Below, one piece after another: positions 28,031-38,647 of a stretch of DNA of 64,000 bases. A program made the position numbers and the translations under genes. The stretch is taken from the IMG/VR virus record IMGVR_UViG_3300027754_000034, positions 186,001 through 250,000 of that record; one strand, 5' to 3'. The first letter of the stretch is position 1. Each line of letters begins with the position of its first letter. Below the pieces are notes generated by a model. That model worked only from the letters and a program-made list of their open reading frames with translations, was not told the DNA's origin and ran no database searches.

Positions 28031-29933
28031 AAAGAAATTGGATTTTGAAGACGGACTGGGCGACATCGACTCCATACTCCATAATCAAAGTATTTCAGAT
28101 TTATCCTGGTTAGCTGTGGATGAAGAGGTATATAGAGCTTCGGAAGCGTTACCTAAGCAAAATCTGGATATGATCCCAGAATTGACTCAAGCATTGACAT
28201 ATTCTTCTGAAGAAGATATCCCTCACGCGATACCCCTTAAACCCCATGTAATGGTAAATCGGAACCCTTTAGATGCTCACGAAGCTTCTAAACGGGACTT
28301 ATCTACCCCTATTAGAAATAGAGTGGCCAAATATGTGATGGAGGGGATAAATAACTCCGAAATACATAAAAAATTATTATTAGAATATTCTCCTGTAGAT
28401 ATACGGAATGCTAGTGCATTAATATCAGAGGTATTAAGTGAGTCTGGGTTATTGGGGAATGTTTACATAAATGCAAGCCATTTTCCGAGATGTGCTCAAG
28501 AGGATGTTAAGGATAGAAAGTTTCTAACAGCTTGCGCTAAAGCGTCTTCATATATCCTTAAGAAGGGTGAATGTAATGGATGCGTAAAGAATATTAATGG
28601 TCGATGTGCATCTTTAAAAAGAGATCTGGTAGATGAAGTTCCATATGGGTCTAAATTAGCGGCTCATTATGCGCCTCAGCTTGCGGCTGAGAAAAGAGTA
28701 GCCAGTTTCAACGATGATACAAAATCGTGGAAAGAAAAAATGAGGATAGCATTCCTATCTTCGCCTACTACTTCTAATCCTGATGGGGTGAAGCATGTAG
28801 CGTATCAAGCAAAGTTATCACTTACTCCTGTAAGTGATTCTGAGATCAGTGATTATGTAGATCGGCAAGCGTCATCAAAGCGTAATTTCATACTATCTTC
28901 AGATTATAGAAAATTCGCCACTAGGATGATGGAAGGATATAACGATATCTCTACCATGCGAAGTGCTAGTAGCTCTGAACTGGATAGTTTATCTAAGGAG
29001 TATGGGCTATTGGGCCATACCTACTTAGATATGGACGTTTTAGGGGGATGTAAAAAAACTCTATTTTTTATAAAAGCCAATAAGCTTTCACCTAAATATA
29101 TTATAAGAAGAAATGCATCTTGCGGATTATGTAAGAATCTTCCTGATGGAGGTTGCGCAGAACTGTGTGGGTCTCACAATATTTTGGGTTCAATACCAGA
29201 ATTTTCTAGGAATGATCTTATTCATGCCTTAGAATCCGCTCTAAAAACTAATCGCATATCATCTAAGGATATGCAGAATGCGATTTCTAGAGTATCAGCA
29301 AATGCTGATTTCAAGTTCTTGATATCAGCCATTAACCTTCATACGCCAAAGATCCAATCTAACTCCTACTCTAGCACAAAGTATAAGGGATTTTATGGTG
29401 GAGACTCTGGAAAAATTCAAATAGAGGAAGATGAGGTAAGAAGATTCATATCACACTTGATGAACACTGGATTGAAGGGTACTGATCTAAATAATGCTGT
29501 ATTGAGTAGATATGCGAAATCAGATATTTCACACTTAAAATCTTTGGGATCAAGATTAGCTGCTGAAGAAAGTGTTCAGGGCACACATTATATCGACCCT
29601 ACTGCATATTTAGACTATGGTCATGGATGTTCTGAGGGTTCCTCTATTTTTAAAAATAGGAGTCCCAAAAATATAATGGCTAGCGCAAAATGCACCGGAT
29701 GCACTTTGCAGCTTTCTTCTGGGTGGTGTTCTAGATATGCCAAGAATCTTATAAGGTCGGTACCGGAGGACGTCCGAGAGGCAGCGAAGAGGGTTTCTTT
29801 GCCTATCTACAGGGAAGCGGCAGAAAATCCTGTAGAAAAATACGAACTCGCTACAGAGGTTATGGTGGATTTAAATGGATCAAAGGCGAGTCGTCTTCCA
29901 ATATCATTTGATGATTTTGGATTTGATGAGTAG
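28011..29933 (+). CDS. Large protein with three internal Cys-rich repeats
   Basis: Three G..G..Y[IL][ND]...C...CxxC...C units. Confidence 0.6.
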   Translation: MELKMSEKKLDFEDGLGDIDSILHNQSISDLSWLAVDEEVYRASEALPKQNLDMIPELTQALTYSSEEDIPHAIPLKPHVMVNRNPLDAHEASKRDLSTPIRNRVAKYVMEGINNSEIHKKLLLEYSPVDIRNASALISEVLSESGLLGNVYINASHFPRCAQEDVKDRKFLTACAKASSYILKKGECNGCVKNINGRCASLKRDLVDEVPYGSKLAAHYAPQLAAEKRVASFNDDTKSWKEKMRIAFLSSPTTSNPDGVKHVAYQAKLSLTPVSDSEISDYVDRQASSKRNFILSSDYRKFATRMMEGYNDISTMRSASSSELDSLSKEYGLLGHTYLDMDVLGGCKKTLFFIKANKLSPKYIIRRNASCGLCKNLPDGGCAELCGSHNILGSIPEFSRNDLIHALESALKTNRISSKDMQNAISRVSANADFKFLISAINLHTPKIQSNSYSSTKYKGFYGGDSGKIQIEEDEVRRFISHLMNTGLKGTDLNNAVLSRYAKSDISHLKSLGSRLAAEESVQGTHYIDPTAYLDYGHGCSEGSSIFKNRSPKNIMASAKCTGCTLQLSSGWCSRYAKNLIRSVPEDVREAAKRVSLPIYREAAENPVEKYELATEVMVDLNGSKASRLPISFDDFGFDE

Positions 29934-29942
29934 TATAGTTGA

Positions 29943-30521
29943 TTGATGGATAAAGATGACTCTGGTCCCCATAAGGGGAAAATACTAACGTTCCCCTCTG
30001 GGGAGTCCATAAACCCAGATGATTTAGGAGCAGATTACGTTCTGGCTCAAGGAACGCATATAACTACTGCTGAATTAGTAAATCCTCAAGATATTTCTAA
30101 AGATTTTAGAGAAAGAGAAGAATATGTCGCAAAGTCAGAATTATTAGTAAAAGTAAATGAAAAATATTCTGCTGTAGATCTTGTTGAACAAGTAATTAAA
30201 GAAATTACTGAAGAATTAGCGCATTTAAAATATGAAAGAAGGAAAGCGGCAAAGGAAGGAAAGAACACTGTAAACTACACTATTTCCAGGATATCTTCAT
30301 TAAGACAATTGGCAGATGTCTTAATGAAGAGAATAGAAAATGCAAGAGCAGAGCAGTTAGATCTAAAAAGTCCACGGTTTAGAGAAGTCTTAAAATTATG
30401 GATGGAATTCATCTATGATTCTATGGTAAAGGTCGAGGTCTCTGAACAAGTAATAGACTTGGTATTTAGACAAATAGAAGCAGATATTAAAGACTGGGAA
30501 CAAAAAGTCATAAATATATAG
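29943..30521 (+). CDS. Candidate terminase small subunit
   Basis: Helical 192-aa ORF immediately upstream of terL; positional inference. Confidence 0.35.
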   Translation: MMDKDDSGPHKGKILTFPSGESINPDDLGADYVLAQGTHITTAELVNPQDISKDFREREEYVAKSELLVKVNEKYSAVDLVEQVIKEITEELAHLKYERRKAAKEGKNTVNYTISRISSLRQLADVLMKRIENARAEQLDLKSPRFREVLKLWMEFIYDSMVKVEVSEQVIDLVFRQIEADIKDWEQKVINI

Positions 30522-30523
30522 TC

Positions 30524-32461
30524 ATGCCTATCAAAGAAGTTACTTATAAAAGTGCCCTGGTGGGTGAGGTCTCAAGTTTCATAGAGAAAAAGCGTAAGTC
30601 CAAATCTGGGGGTGAGGATGGTGATGTAGAATTTCTTCCGGTGATAGATTTTATAGAAAAATTTAAACTGTTACCTTATGGTCTTTACCCTGTACAAAAA
30701 TTGATTGTTAAAGCTTATTATAACGTTCCGTTAGATGATAAAAATAAATTAATAAAAATATCGGATAAGTTTAATGAAAGAATAATATATAATTTCACAG
30801 AAACTGAATATCTAAAATATCTTTATGATCAGGGTAGATGCAACATTCAAACACAAGATGGTATAGAAAGAAGAGAACTTTTGTTAGTGGTAGGCCGACG
30901 AAGTGGTAAAAGCGCTTTAAGTGCCATATTTGCGGCGTATGAAATATATAAACTATTAAAGAGAGGTAACCCTCAAGCATACTACGGTATGCCCGGAGGT
31001 TCAGAGATCAGAGTTCTTTGCGTAGCTAATGATAAAGATCAGGCATCTATCGTATATGGGGATGTTCAATCTCACGTAGAATCGGTAGATTACTTTAAAA
31101 GTTCCGTAGCTAATGCTACCCAGACATTCATGAAGTTTAGAACTCAGAATGATAGAGAACGATTTGCAGATTCCAATAAAGCCAGTATAGCGGCGTCCTT
31201 TAAAAGTTCAATAGCAAAAGGTCTTCGTGGTCGCGGTGTCATTTGTGCTATATTGGATGAGATAGCATTCTTTCAAGATACCGGATTTAGTAGTGGAGAA
31301 CAAATTTATAGGGCTTTAACTCCTGCATTAGCTCAATTCTCACCAAGAGACTCGCAGGACAAATTAAAACCTATCGGTCCTTCTGAAGGACGCATGATAC
31401 TAATATCATCGCCTGATGCAAAAGAGGGATTTTTCTATAGATTATATCAGACAGCCATGTCTAACAGCAAAGGCTCGTCTGATATGTTGCTCATTCAAGC
31501 TCCGACTTGGGAAGTGAATCCCACTTTGGATAGAAGTTATTACGAAAAGGAATATTATAAGAATTCAAAAGCATTCATGACAGAGCACGGGGCTGAGTTT
31601 TCAGACCGTGTTAGGGGGTGGATTGAAGATTCCAGAGATCTTTTGGAATGCGTGGATCCAAAGTTAAAACCTGTTGCTAAGGGTGTCGCAAGAGAAGTAC
31701 ATTTTGCTGGAATAGATGTTGGTCTGGTGAACGATGGTACAAGTATTGCCATTACAAAAATAAATAATGGTAAAATAGAGTTAGTTTACCATGAAACATG
31801 GTATGCCAAGAGGAAATGGAGTGATATAAATCCGCATTTAAAGGATCCTCTTACGTCTTATGCTCGCACACTTCAGGATCAAGAGAGAATAAGTATGTCT
31901 GAAATAGCCTCATGGTTTAAAGCTCTTTCAAACAGATTTTATATTCATAAAGCAATATTCGATCAGTGGAGCGGAATCGTATTTGAACAAGAATTACATA
32001 AAAACGGATTACGTCAATTTGAAATGAGAAATTTCTTTACTTCTGATTCCTCACAAATGTATCAATCTCTAAAAATGTTCATGTATAATAGGCAGCTTAG
32101 TATTTATGATTATCCATTACCAGAGTTGGAACCCGGGATGACGACGGGAAGACACTCACCTTTAATTTCTGAATTATTAGAATTACAAGCTACATCAGCA
32201 GGTAAAAATCTTATTTCTGTAGAGGCCCCAAAAGCCCCTGGAAAACACGATGATATGTCCGATGCTTTGGCACGTTCGGTATTATTAGCTTCGGAATATA
32301 TTAAAGAAAACCCAGGAATTCTAGATAAGAAGATAATCGGAACCGGTGTAGATCATTTATTGCCGGGTAGAATCCCTACGTATTCATCATTCCACAAATC
32401 AAGAATGAAATTACATGGTGCAAACACACAAAGAATAGTGCCGAAAAATAGATTGCGTTGA
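30524..32461 (+). CDS. terL: Terminase large subunit
   Basis: GRRSGKS Walker A, ILDEIAF Walker B, GIDVG and HDDMSDAL RNase H-fold nuclease motifs. Confidence 0.93.
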   Translation: MPIKEVTYKSALVGEVSSFIEKKRKSKSGGEDGDVEFLPVIDFIEKFKLLPYGLYPVQKLIVKAYYNVPLDDKNKLIKISDKFNERIIYNFTETEYLKYLYDQGRCNIQTQDGIERRELLLVVGRRSGKSALSAIFAAYEIYKLLKRGNPQAYYGMPGGSEIRVLCVANDKDQASIVYGDVQSHVESVDYFKSSVANATQTFMKFRTQNDRERFADSNKASIAASFKSSIAKGLRGRGVICAILDEIAFFQDTGFSSGEQIYRALTPALAQFSPRDSQDKLKPIGPSEGRMILISSPDAKEGFFYRLYQTAMSNSKGSSDMLLIQAPTWEVNPTLDRSYYEKEYYKNSKAFMTEHGAEFSDRVRGWIEDSRDLLECVDPKLKPVAKGVAREVHFAGIDVGLVNDGTSIAITKINNGKIELVYHETWYAKRKWSDINPHLKDPLTSYARTLQDQERISMSEIASWFKALSNRFYIHKAIFDQWSGIVFEQELHKNGLRQFEMRNFFTSDSSQMYQSLKMFMYNRQLSIYDYPLPELEPGMTTGRHSPLISELLELQATSAGKNLISVEAPKAPGKHDDMSDALARSVLLASEYIKENPGILDKKIIGTGVDHLLPGRIPTYSSFHKSRMKLHGANTQRIVPKNRLR

Positions 32462-32484
32462 CCTATTTTTAAAATATAAAAATT

Positions 32485-32730
32485 ATGGATGAGATAGGTG
32501 TAAAAGATACGATAGCATTTAGAATATCAGACCAGATCATGAGTCATATTTATCCTGATCAAAAATTTTCAGAATATGATTTTCTCAATGTATTCCATGT
32601 GTTTTTAAAAAGAGATGGTAACTGGGAGGATTTAATAAATGGTGACCCAAAGCAAATAGAGTTACTCATGGACTCGCTTAAAAGCATGATGAAGATAAAG
32701 AATAATCCTGAGAAGTATGGTATTGGGTGA
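32485..32730 (+). CDS. Hypothetical protein
   Basis: 81-aa ORF. Confidence 0.55.
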   Translation: MDEIGVKDTIAFRISDQIMSHIYPDQKFSEYDFLNVFHVFLKRDGNWEDLINGDPKQIELLMDSLKSMMKIKNNPEKYGIG

Positions 32731-33047
32731 ATAACAAGATTAGTCACGATTCACATGTAAATACCATCAATGCCCGCTTTAATGAATTCATATCCAAAAG
32801 CGAAAAAATATCGAGAGAGTTAGAAATGTTATTAAAGGATTTGGAATCGTTTGATCATACCTTCTGTAGGACTTCTTTAGGTAAAGAGCTGAATGTAAAG
32901 GGTAATCTAAAACTTGATAATTTTAAGAACATTTTAGGGTCTTCTTGCGCTAATATTAAGAAGTTCGCTTTAGGTAAGCGAAAGATTTCGTTGGCTTTTG
33001 ATAATAGGGATGATTTATCCGATTCACGCAAGACAGGGCATTCATGA
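32727..33047 (+). CDS. Hypothetical protein
   Basis: 106-aa ORF, overlapping start/stop on both sides. Confidence 0.55.
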   Translation: MNNKISHDSHVNTINARFNEFISKSEKISRELEMLLKDLESFDHTFCRTSLGKELNVKGNLKLDNFKNILGSSCANIKKFALGKRKISLAFDNRDDLSDSRKTGHS

Positions 33048-34840
33048 CTAAGCGCAAGAGTAACTCCTCAAATATTAACAAAAATGGTATGCCTGTAGTG
33101 AAAGTGGAAGATCAGATATCTTCTAAGCAGAAATTAACTAAACTGGAACGCATAGCTCGTCGCGAAATGCGTCAATCCATAAGAGTAGCTGCTTATAGTG
33201 GTGACTATGGAAATATGAACGGTGGTAATATCAAGTCCGGAGATTCTTCTTTTTATTCACCTCAGTTATCCACAGACTTTTTAGAGCTTCCGCAGTCTGA
33301 GAGAGAAAAGCGGGAGTTATTTAGATTTTGGTACAATACCCACCCTATTGTTGGTGCGGCCATAGATTTCCATACCGATGTCCCTATGAGCAAACTTCGT
33401 TTAAGTTTGCCGAAGGGTAAGGATCTAAAAAGAAATAAACAGATTCTTCATTTTTATCAGGAGATGTGTAGCAGAATACAGTTGTTCCAAACTTTATATG
33501 ACACGACACATGAATATTGGTTAAATGGAAATGTTTATTTGTTTTGCGAAGACCACGATCTTACAAATGAAATACCCGATGATCTGTTGTCCGAGGAAGA
33601 ACATGAAGAAGTCGGAGAAATAGATTATGCAGGCAGGACCACCACTAAGGAAACTACTAAGCGGGTTTTAAAACCCGAGGCAGTAAGATCCGATAATATT
33701 AGAGAATTCATCAAAGAGCACTATATGGGATGGCAAAGGATACAGATCCTCCCTCCTGAACAAATAAAATTAGAGGTGTTCCAATATACGAATAAAGCTC
33801 GTATGGAGCTAATCCCTTCTGAAAAGGATCGTTTATTAGTGTTAAGGGCTTCAGAAGGCAGTGACCCTGAATCCAATAAAATAGCTGATGATATTCCAGA
33901 ACAGATTCGAGAAAATCTGTTAAGTGGACAGCCTATTCCTCTAAATACTTCTCCATATGATGACTTCTTATGTTCATCATTTTGTTATCATTTGTCTCAC
34001 AAGAAGGCGGCTTATGATACCAGAGGAATCTCGTTATTGGAACGATGCTTACGTACTCTCATTTATCAGGATAAACTACGCCAGGCCCAGACTAGCATTG
34101 CTTCTAGAGCGATGACGCCTAAACGCATTGTTTGGGCAGATAAAATGTCGGAGCCCGATACTGACTCTTTAAGGGATCAAATAGACCAAGCCATAGTTGA
34201 CCCTGACTTCACCATAGTGACTAACTTTGAAGTACACTGGGATGAAATAGGATCTCGTGATAGATTATTAGACTTAAGCACAGAGTATGAAATCACGAAT
34301 AAAATGCTTTATATAGGTTTGCGTGTAACTGAAAGTATGTTAACTGGAGAGTCCTCCTACTCGGGTGAGAAAATTCATTTAGATGTAATGAATACTATGT
34401 ACTTGTTATACCGGGAAAGAATGTCGGAATTCGTTGAACAATGGTTATTTAAACCGGTAGCCGAGAAAAAAGGATTTTTTGAAGAAGATGAATATGGAAA
34501 CAAAAAGTTACTCTACCCTCAATTACAATTTACACGATTAGCATTGCGGGATAATTCTGAGTTGCAGGATTTCATGTTTAATTTATATCAAAAGGGTTCT
34601 CTCCCCGTATCATTCATATTGGAGCTACTTAATATAGATTCTGATGATGCTTTAGAGCAGTTAAAGAAGGATATGTTTACTCCAAATGATTCTACTTTTA
34701 ACGAATTCTTAAAGGGAGTTTTAACCAGGGCTGGTGAAGAAGCAATAGAAAAGACTGACGCCCTGGATAGGATCATCAAAAATGCTGGATTAAATCGAGT
34801 GGATAAAAAATCAGATAGATTCGGAAAGGAAGAATCATAG
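33044..34840 (+). CDS. Portal protein
   Basis: Downstream of terL; HPIVGAAIDFHTDVP and RTLIYQDKLRQAQ..IASR..TP motifs as in Bxz1-type portals. Confidence 0.8.
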   Translation: MTKRKSNSSNINKNGMPVVKVEDQISSKQKLTKLERIARREMRQSIRVAAYSGDYGNMNGGNIKSGDSSFYSPQLSTDFLELPQSEREKRELFRFWYNTHPIVGAAIDFHTDVPMSKLRLSLPKGKDLKRNKQILHFYQEMCSRIQLFQTLYDTTHEYWLNGNVYLFCEDHDLTNEIPDDLLSEEEHEEVGEIDYAGRTTTKETTKRVLKPEAVRSDNIREFIKEHYMGWQRIQILPPEQIKLEVFQYTNKARMELIPSEKDRLLVLRASEGSDPESNKIADDIPEQIRENLLSGQPIPLNTSPYDDFLCSSFCYHLSHKKAAYDTRGISLLERCLRTLIYQDKLRQAQTSIASRAMTPKRIVWADKMSEPDTDSLRDQIDQAIVDPDFTIVTNFEVHWDEIGSRDRLLDLSTEYEITNKMLYIGLRVTESMLTGESSYSGEKIHLDVMNTMYLLYRERMSEFVEQWLFKPVAEKKGFFEEDEYGNKKLLYPQLQFTRLALRDNSELQDFMFNLYQKGSLPVSFILELLNIDSDDALEQLKKDMFTPNDSTFNEFLKGVLTRAGEEAIEKTDALDRIIKNAGLNRVDKKSDRFGKEES

Positions 34841-34865
34841 AATTCTTCTGAATAGTATATATGGG

Positions 34866-36638
34866 ATGACCATATACAAAACATCGGATAGTTCCCTCTC
34901 AGGTTATGAGAGGGAAGATAAAGAAGTACGCCGAAATAGTCCCACAGGTCGAAAACCACACAGGAAAAAGAAACATACTACGAGTCGCCGTTCACCACGA
35001 CCTGACCAACGTCGCACAAGGATTCAGGAAAAAGACCCCGATTTAAAGAAGGGTGTGGAGGCAGACCCTGATTTATCATTGAATTATAAGCACTCATCTT
35101 TACGATCGTTTTCAAGAATAGCTTTCCGTATTTCTATAGGGGCTGTCCCCCCAGAAGTGATGTCTCAGTACTTTTCCTCTATTCCCGTTTTAAAAGATTT
35201 CTTAGTAATATTAAAAGGTATTAGTGAGAAGTTAAAAAATGAATACTTAATATTCCTAGAAAGTAAATATGGATTCTCGGGTTTTAAACAGGTTTATGAT
35301 GATGTAAATGATGAACATGGGCCACCGTTAATGGAAATTGGTGATTACCCTGATTCTCAGCGCGAGGAGATTGAAACAATAAACACGGGTGTCTTGAATG
35401 AAGTAAAAAAAGGAAAGTTAGAACAAAAAAAGAAGTATAAGATAACGGATTTTAATAACATAAAAAAACTTTTGAACAAGATATCTAAAGATTATGAATC
35501 TTCTACACCTATTTTTAAAGCAGGTATTAGAGAGACCATAAAAAGTGCCTTAGAGAAAGAGTATGATTATCCAAAGCCATTCATAGATTTTCATATAGCG
35601 AATCCTGACTCGCTGGAAGACCTATCTCAAAATTTGACCAATTTAGAAAACACCGGGCAGATTAGTATTCCTGATGTTTCGGATAAACAAAAGTTATTAG
35701 CATTTCTCGCTTTAGCTTCGCTTCATAAATCATTAGAAGAAAACCCAGTTAATCCGGATTGGACAAAAATGTCAGCTAAAATACAGGAATTAGTAAATAA
35801 TGTAGTCAATGAGTTTGAGTACATGGAGTCTTTAAATATGTTAATGAAACAATATGATGCGAATTCTAAAAGATTAATGGCGGATATTGAAAAAGATATT
35901 GAAGATGATTTAGATGATGATGATGTAGATGTACAGCTCCCCGAAAATTCAGGTTTATTTAGTTTCTTGCAGAACTGGGAAAAAGAGACAGATGACGTTT
36001 TAGAAGGGTTTGATGAATGGATAGGGGAAGTGAAAGATTTTGAATCTGAATTAAATGATATCTCAAAAGAGATCTCTAAAAATAGACCCCATTTTTGGAC
36101 AGAGTTGTCAAAAGCATACTTAAAATACTTTGAGAAAAACCATCCGGAGAAGGTCCCTGCTATTTTAAGGCTGAGCACCGGCTCACAGTCTTCTAATGAC
36201 AAGAGTATTTTGAAAATGCGTAAGACAGCTGAATATCATGGTACTAAAATACAGGGAAACCCAGATGGTGTTACCAACACTGGGTGGAAATCTATAGATA
36301 AAAGGTATATTGGTAGTATTCATCACAAGTCAATTCTTGATACTGCTCGTTCCATGCTTAAGGATGGTCCTTGGTTTGAATATTCTTGGCGTGGTGGTAG
36401 TGTAGATGCTCCTGTGAGAGCTGCTTTAGATATCGCCATAGCTACTGCCGATGAAAGTATATATCAAAGTAAAATAGATGCTCCTACTTATGAGTATTTA
36501 TTAAACAAATTAGCCTCTTGGGAATACGACTTATTTTCTGATACATCATTGAATATGCCTAAATCTCCTAATAAGCGCAAGGCTTCTAACGTCAGTATTT
36601 ACGACGAAATGGTCGAATTCGCTTCATTTATAAAATGA
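34866..36638 (+). CDS. Large head-associated protein
   Basis: Basic Arg-rich N-terminus, acidic middle, RKTA and RKAS motifs. Confidence 0.5.
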   Translation: MTIYKTSDSSLSGYEREDKEVRRNSPTGRKPHRKKKHTTSRRSPRPDQRRTRIQEKDPDLKKGVEADPDLSLNYKHSSLRSFSRIAFRISIGAVPPEVMSQYFSSIPVLKDFLVILKGISEKLKNEYLIFLESKYGFSGFKQVYDDVNDEHGPPLMEIGDYPDSQREEIETINTGVLNEVKKGKLEQKKKYKITDFNNIKKLLNKISKDYESSTPIFKAGIRETIKSALEKEYDYPKPFIDFHIANPDSLEDLSQNLTNLENTGQISIPDVSDKQKLLAFLALASLHKSLEENPVNPDWTKMSAKIQELVNNVVNEFEYMESLNMLMKQYDANSKRLMADIEKDIEDDLDDDDVDVQLPENSGLFSFLQNWEKETDDVLEGFDEWIGEVKDFESELNDISKEISKNRPHFWTELSKAYLKYFEKNHPEKVPAILRLSTGSQSSNDKSILKMRKTAEYHGTKIQGNPDGVTNTGWKSIDKRYIGSIHHKSILDTARSMLKDGPWFEYSWRGGSVDAPVRAALDIAIATADESIYQSKIDAPTYEYLLNKLASWEYDLFSDTSLNMPKSPNKRKASNVSIYDEMVEFASFIK

Positions 36639-36925
36639 ATTATAAATATCATTATTCAACGGATTATCTACATAAATTAGTGGACCATGAGTACGTAGGA
36701 CAAGTAGTAAATGATAAAGATAAGAAACCCCTTTCTATCCTAATAGGAGTATTAGGAGCCATAGAAAAGGGTGGAAAAACAGTTGACTCAGATGAGTCTT
36801 CAGTAGGTATTGCTCAACATTATAGCAGGATTCTTCTGTCACCTCGTAATGTGCTGTTGGAAAACAAAGACTTTAAAAAGATTAGTGAATTGATAAAAAA
36901 GTTTAATAATAGTCATAAGAAATGA
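36635..36925 (+). CDS. Hypothetical protein
   Basis: 96-aa ORF. Confidence 0.5.
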   Translation: MNYKYHYSTDYLHKLVDHEYVGQVVNDKDKKPLSILIGVLGAIEKGGKTVDSDESSVGIAQHYSRILLSPRNVLLENKDFKKISELIKKFNNSHKK

Positions 36926-37076
36926 AATTCTTATGAATGATTTTGTTTGTGAGCATGCTGTCTTTTTATCAACCCCATCATTCGGGCATGCATTAATGGG
37001 AAATTTAGGTATGATTCTCGAATCAAACTATTCATCTCTCACTGAAACTAGTAAGAGATATAACTAGAGGACTAAG

Positions 37077-37379
37077 ATGTCAGTAGACCACAACCAAAGA
37101 ATCGCTGCGGAAATTAAGGAATTAACTCACGTGGCTTATGAGAACCCCGAAGCTCGTGAAGTTCTCTTGCCAATAATTGCAGCTAAGATGAAGATGCTAA
37201 AGAAGCCTAAGGAAGCTCCTAAGAAAGCTCCTAAGAAAGCTTCACCTAAGGAAGCCCCTAAGAAAGTTTCACCCATGGAAGCTCCTAAGAAAGCTCCTAA
37301 GAAAGCTCCCAAGAAAGGTTCACCCAAGAAGAAGCGTAAGGCTTCTGTCGATATCACCCTTTCCGATTCTCGGTGGTGA
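37077..37379 (+). CDS. Histone H1-like Lys/Ala/Pro-repeat protein
   Basis: APKK/SPKK repeats in the C-terminal half; GAGG RBS. Confidence 0.6.
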   Translation: MSVDHNQRIAAEIKELTHVAYENPEAREVLLPIIAAKMKMLKKPKEAPKKAPKKASPKEAPKKVSPMEAPKKAPKKAPKKGSPKKKRKASVDITLSDSRW

Positions 37380-37424
37380 TATTTACATTTTTCATGCTTT
37401 TTTTAAAGCAGTCTGGAGTAAAAA

Positions 37425-37916
37425 ATGATTCCGAAGAGCGTTGCGAACAAAGTATTGAGTAATTTAGATTCAGCGGCTTCTCGCATTGAGTCCCTAGTGA
37501 ATGAGGGAAAAATCGGTGCAAGAGTGGCTTCGACATTAGTGCGTGATTTAGACTCCTTTGCAGACCGTTTCGAGGTGGCTGCATTTGGTAAGGAAAATCT
37601 TAGTCGTCGCATATCTACCCTTATGAAGGGAGATAAGGATGAGGAGCATTACATGAAGTCTTTCGATAATGTGAACGCTCCTTTGAAGGTTCAGGCGGAT
37701 GAGTCTTACATGCATGAGTCTGGTGACTCTGCTCGTTGGGATAGTATTCCAACATTTGATCAAGATAACTCTTCAGCGGTCATGAATCGCCCTGAATATG
37801 CAGTTGTAGACCAGAGTAAATGGTCAAACGACGGAAAAAGCGTCGCCCAACCGTCATTAATATCAGGGCCTCTTAAGAAGCATAAAGCTTCAGGTCCTAA
37901 GACCTGGGCTGACTGA
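37425..37916 (+). CDS. Putative virion protein
   Basis: 163 aa, GGAG RBS, in the head operon. Confidence 0.55.
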   Translation: MIPKSVANKVLSNLDSAASRIESLVNEGKIGARVASTLVRDLDSFADRFEVAAFGKENLSRRISTLMKGDKDEEHYMKSFDNVNAPLKVQADESYMHESGDSARWDSIPTFDQDNSSAVMNRPEYAVVDQSKWSNDGKSVAQPSLISGPLKKHKASGPKTWAD

Positions 37917-37942
37917 TCTTTCGTCATGCTTACAGGTATAAG

Positions 37943-38647
37943 ATGAACACGAGATTCGCCTTCGTAGATGAAGTATTATATTCCAAGGAATTTAATACTG
38001 GTGATTGTGTACGCAAGACTGGACTTCGTGATTTCGTTTTAACTCCGTATGCCGGGCGTGTGCTTTATAGTGATACTGATACCGGGGTGGTAGTTGTTCA
38101 GTGGCCTTGGGGAGCCGAGAACAACTATCCCTCGGAATTGGTAATCGATAAATCGGGTGATTTTGGGACTCCGAACATGGATCAGTCTTATTCTACTTGG
38201 GAATCCACTAGATATAAAGATGATCCCGATACATTAAAGAATGATGTAAAGTGGCGAAAAAGTTTAGCTTCTGATATTTCTGAGGAATTTAGTCGATTAA
38301 CCCTTCCAATATACAAATCTGCTTGTAAGGCTTGGTATCAAGAGTTACCAGAAATGGAAGTTCTGGTAACTCTCTCTAGTATTTATTCACCGAAATATGG
38401 TTTTGAACCAGTACGAAAATCAGTAGATGATGTGTATAGTTCTGGTCGTCGGATCGCTATTTATTGGGGAAGCAGTAATAGAAAGTATAGAGTAACTCAA
38501 TCAGAGATGGTAACTGGGAAGTACAAATGTCCTCGTTGTGGTAATGGTCTAAAGCCTAGAACCTTCAGACATTTAAAAAGATTAATGTCATGTGGAGGAC
38601 CTTCAGGATGTGGTTTTTCAATACATAATAAGGATTTATTAAAATGA
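37943..38647 (+). CDS. Hypothetical protein with C-terminal zinc ribbon
   Basis: CPRCG...CGGPSGC. Confidence 0.55.
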   Translation: MNTRFAFVDEVLYSKEFNTGDCVRKTGLRDFVLTPYAGRVLYSDTDTGVVVVQWPWGAENNYPSELVIDKSGDFGTPNMDQSYSTWESTRYKDDPDTLKNDVKWRKSLASDISEEFSRLTLPIYKSACKAWYQELPEMEVLVTLSSIYSPKYGFEPVRKSVDDVYSSGRRIAIYWGSSNRKYRVTQSEMVTGKYKCPRCGNGLKPRTFRHLKRLMSCGGPSGCGFSIHNKDLLK

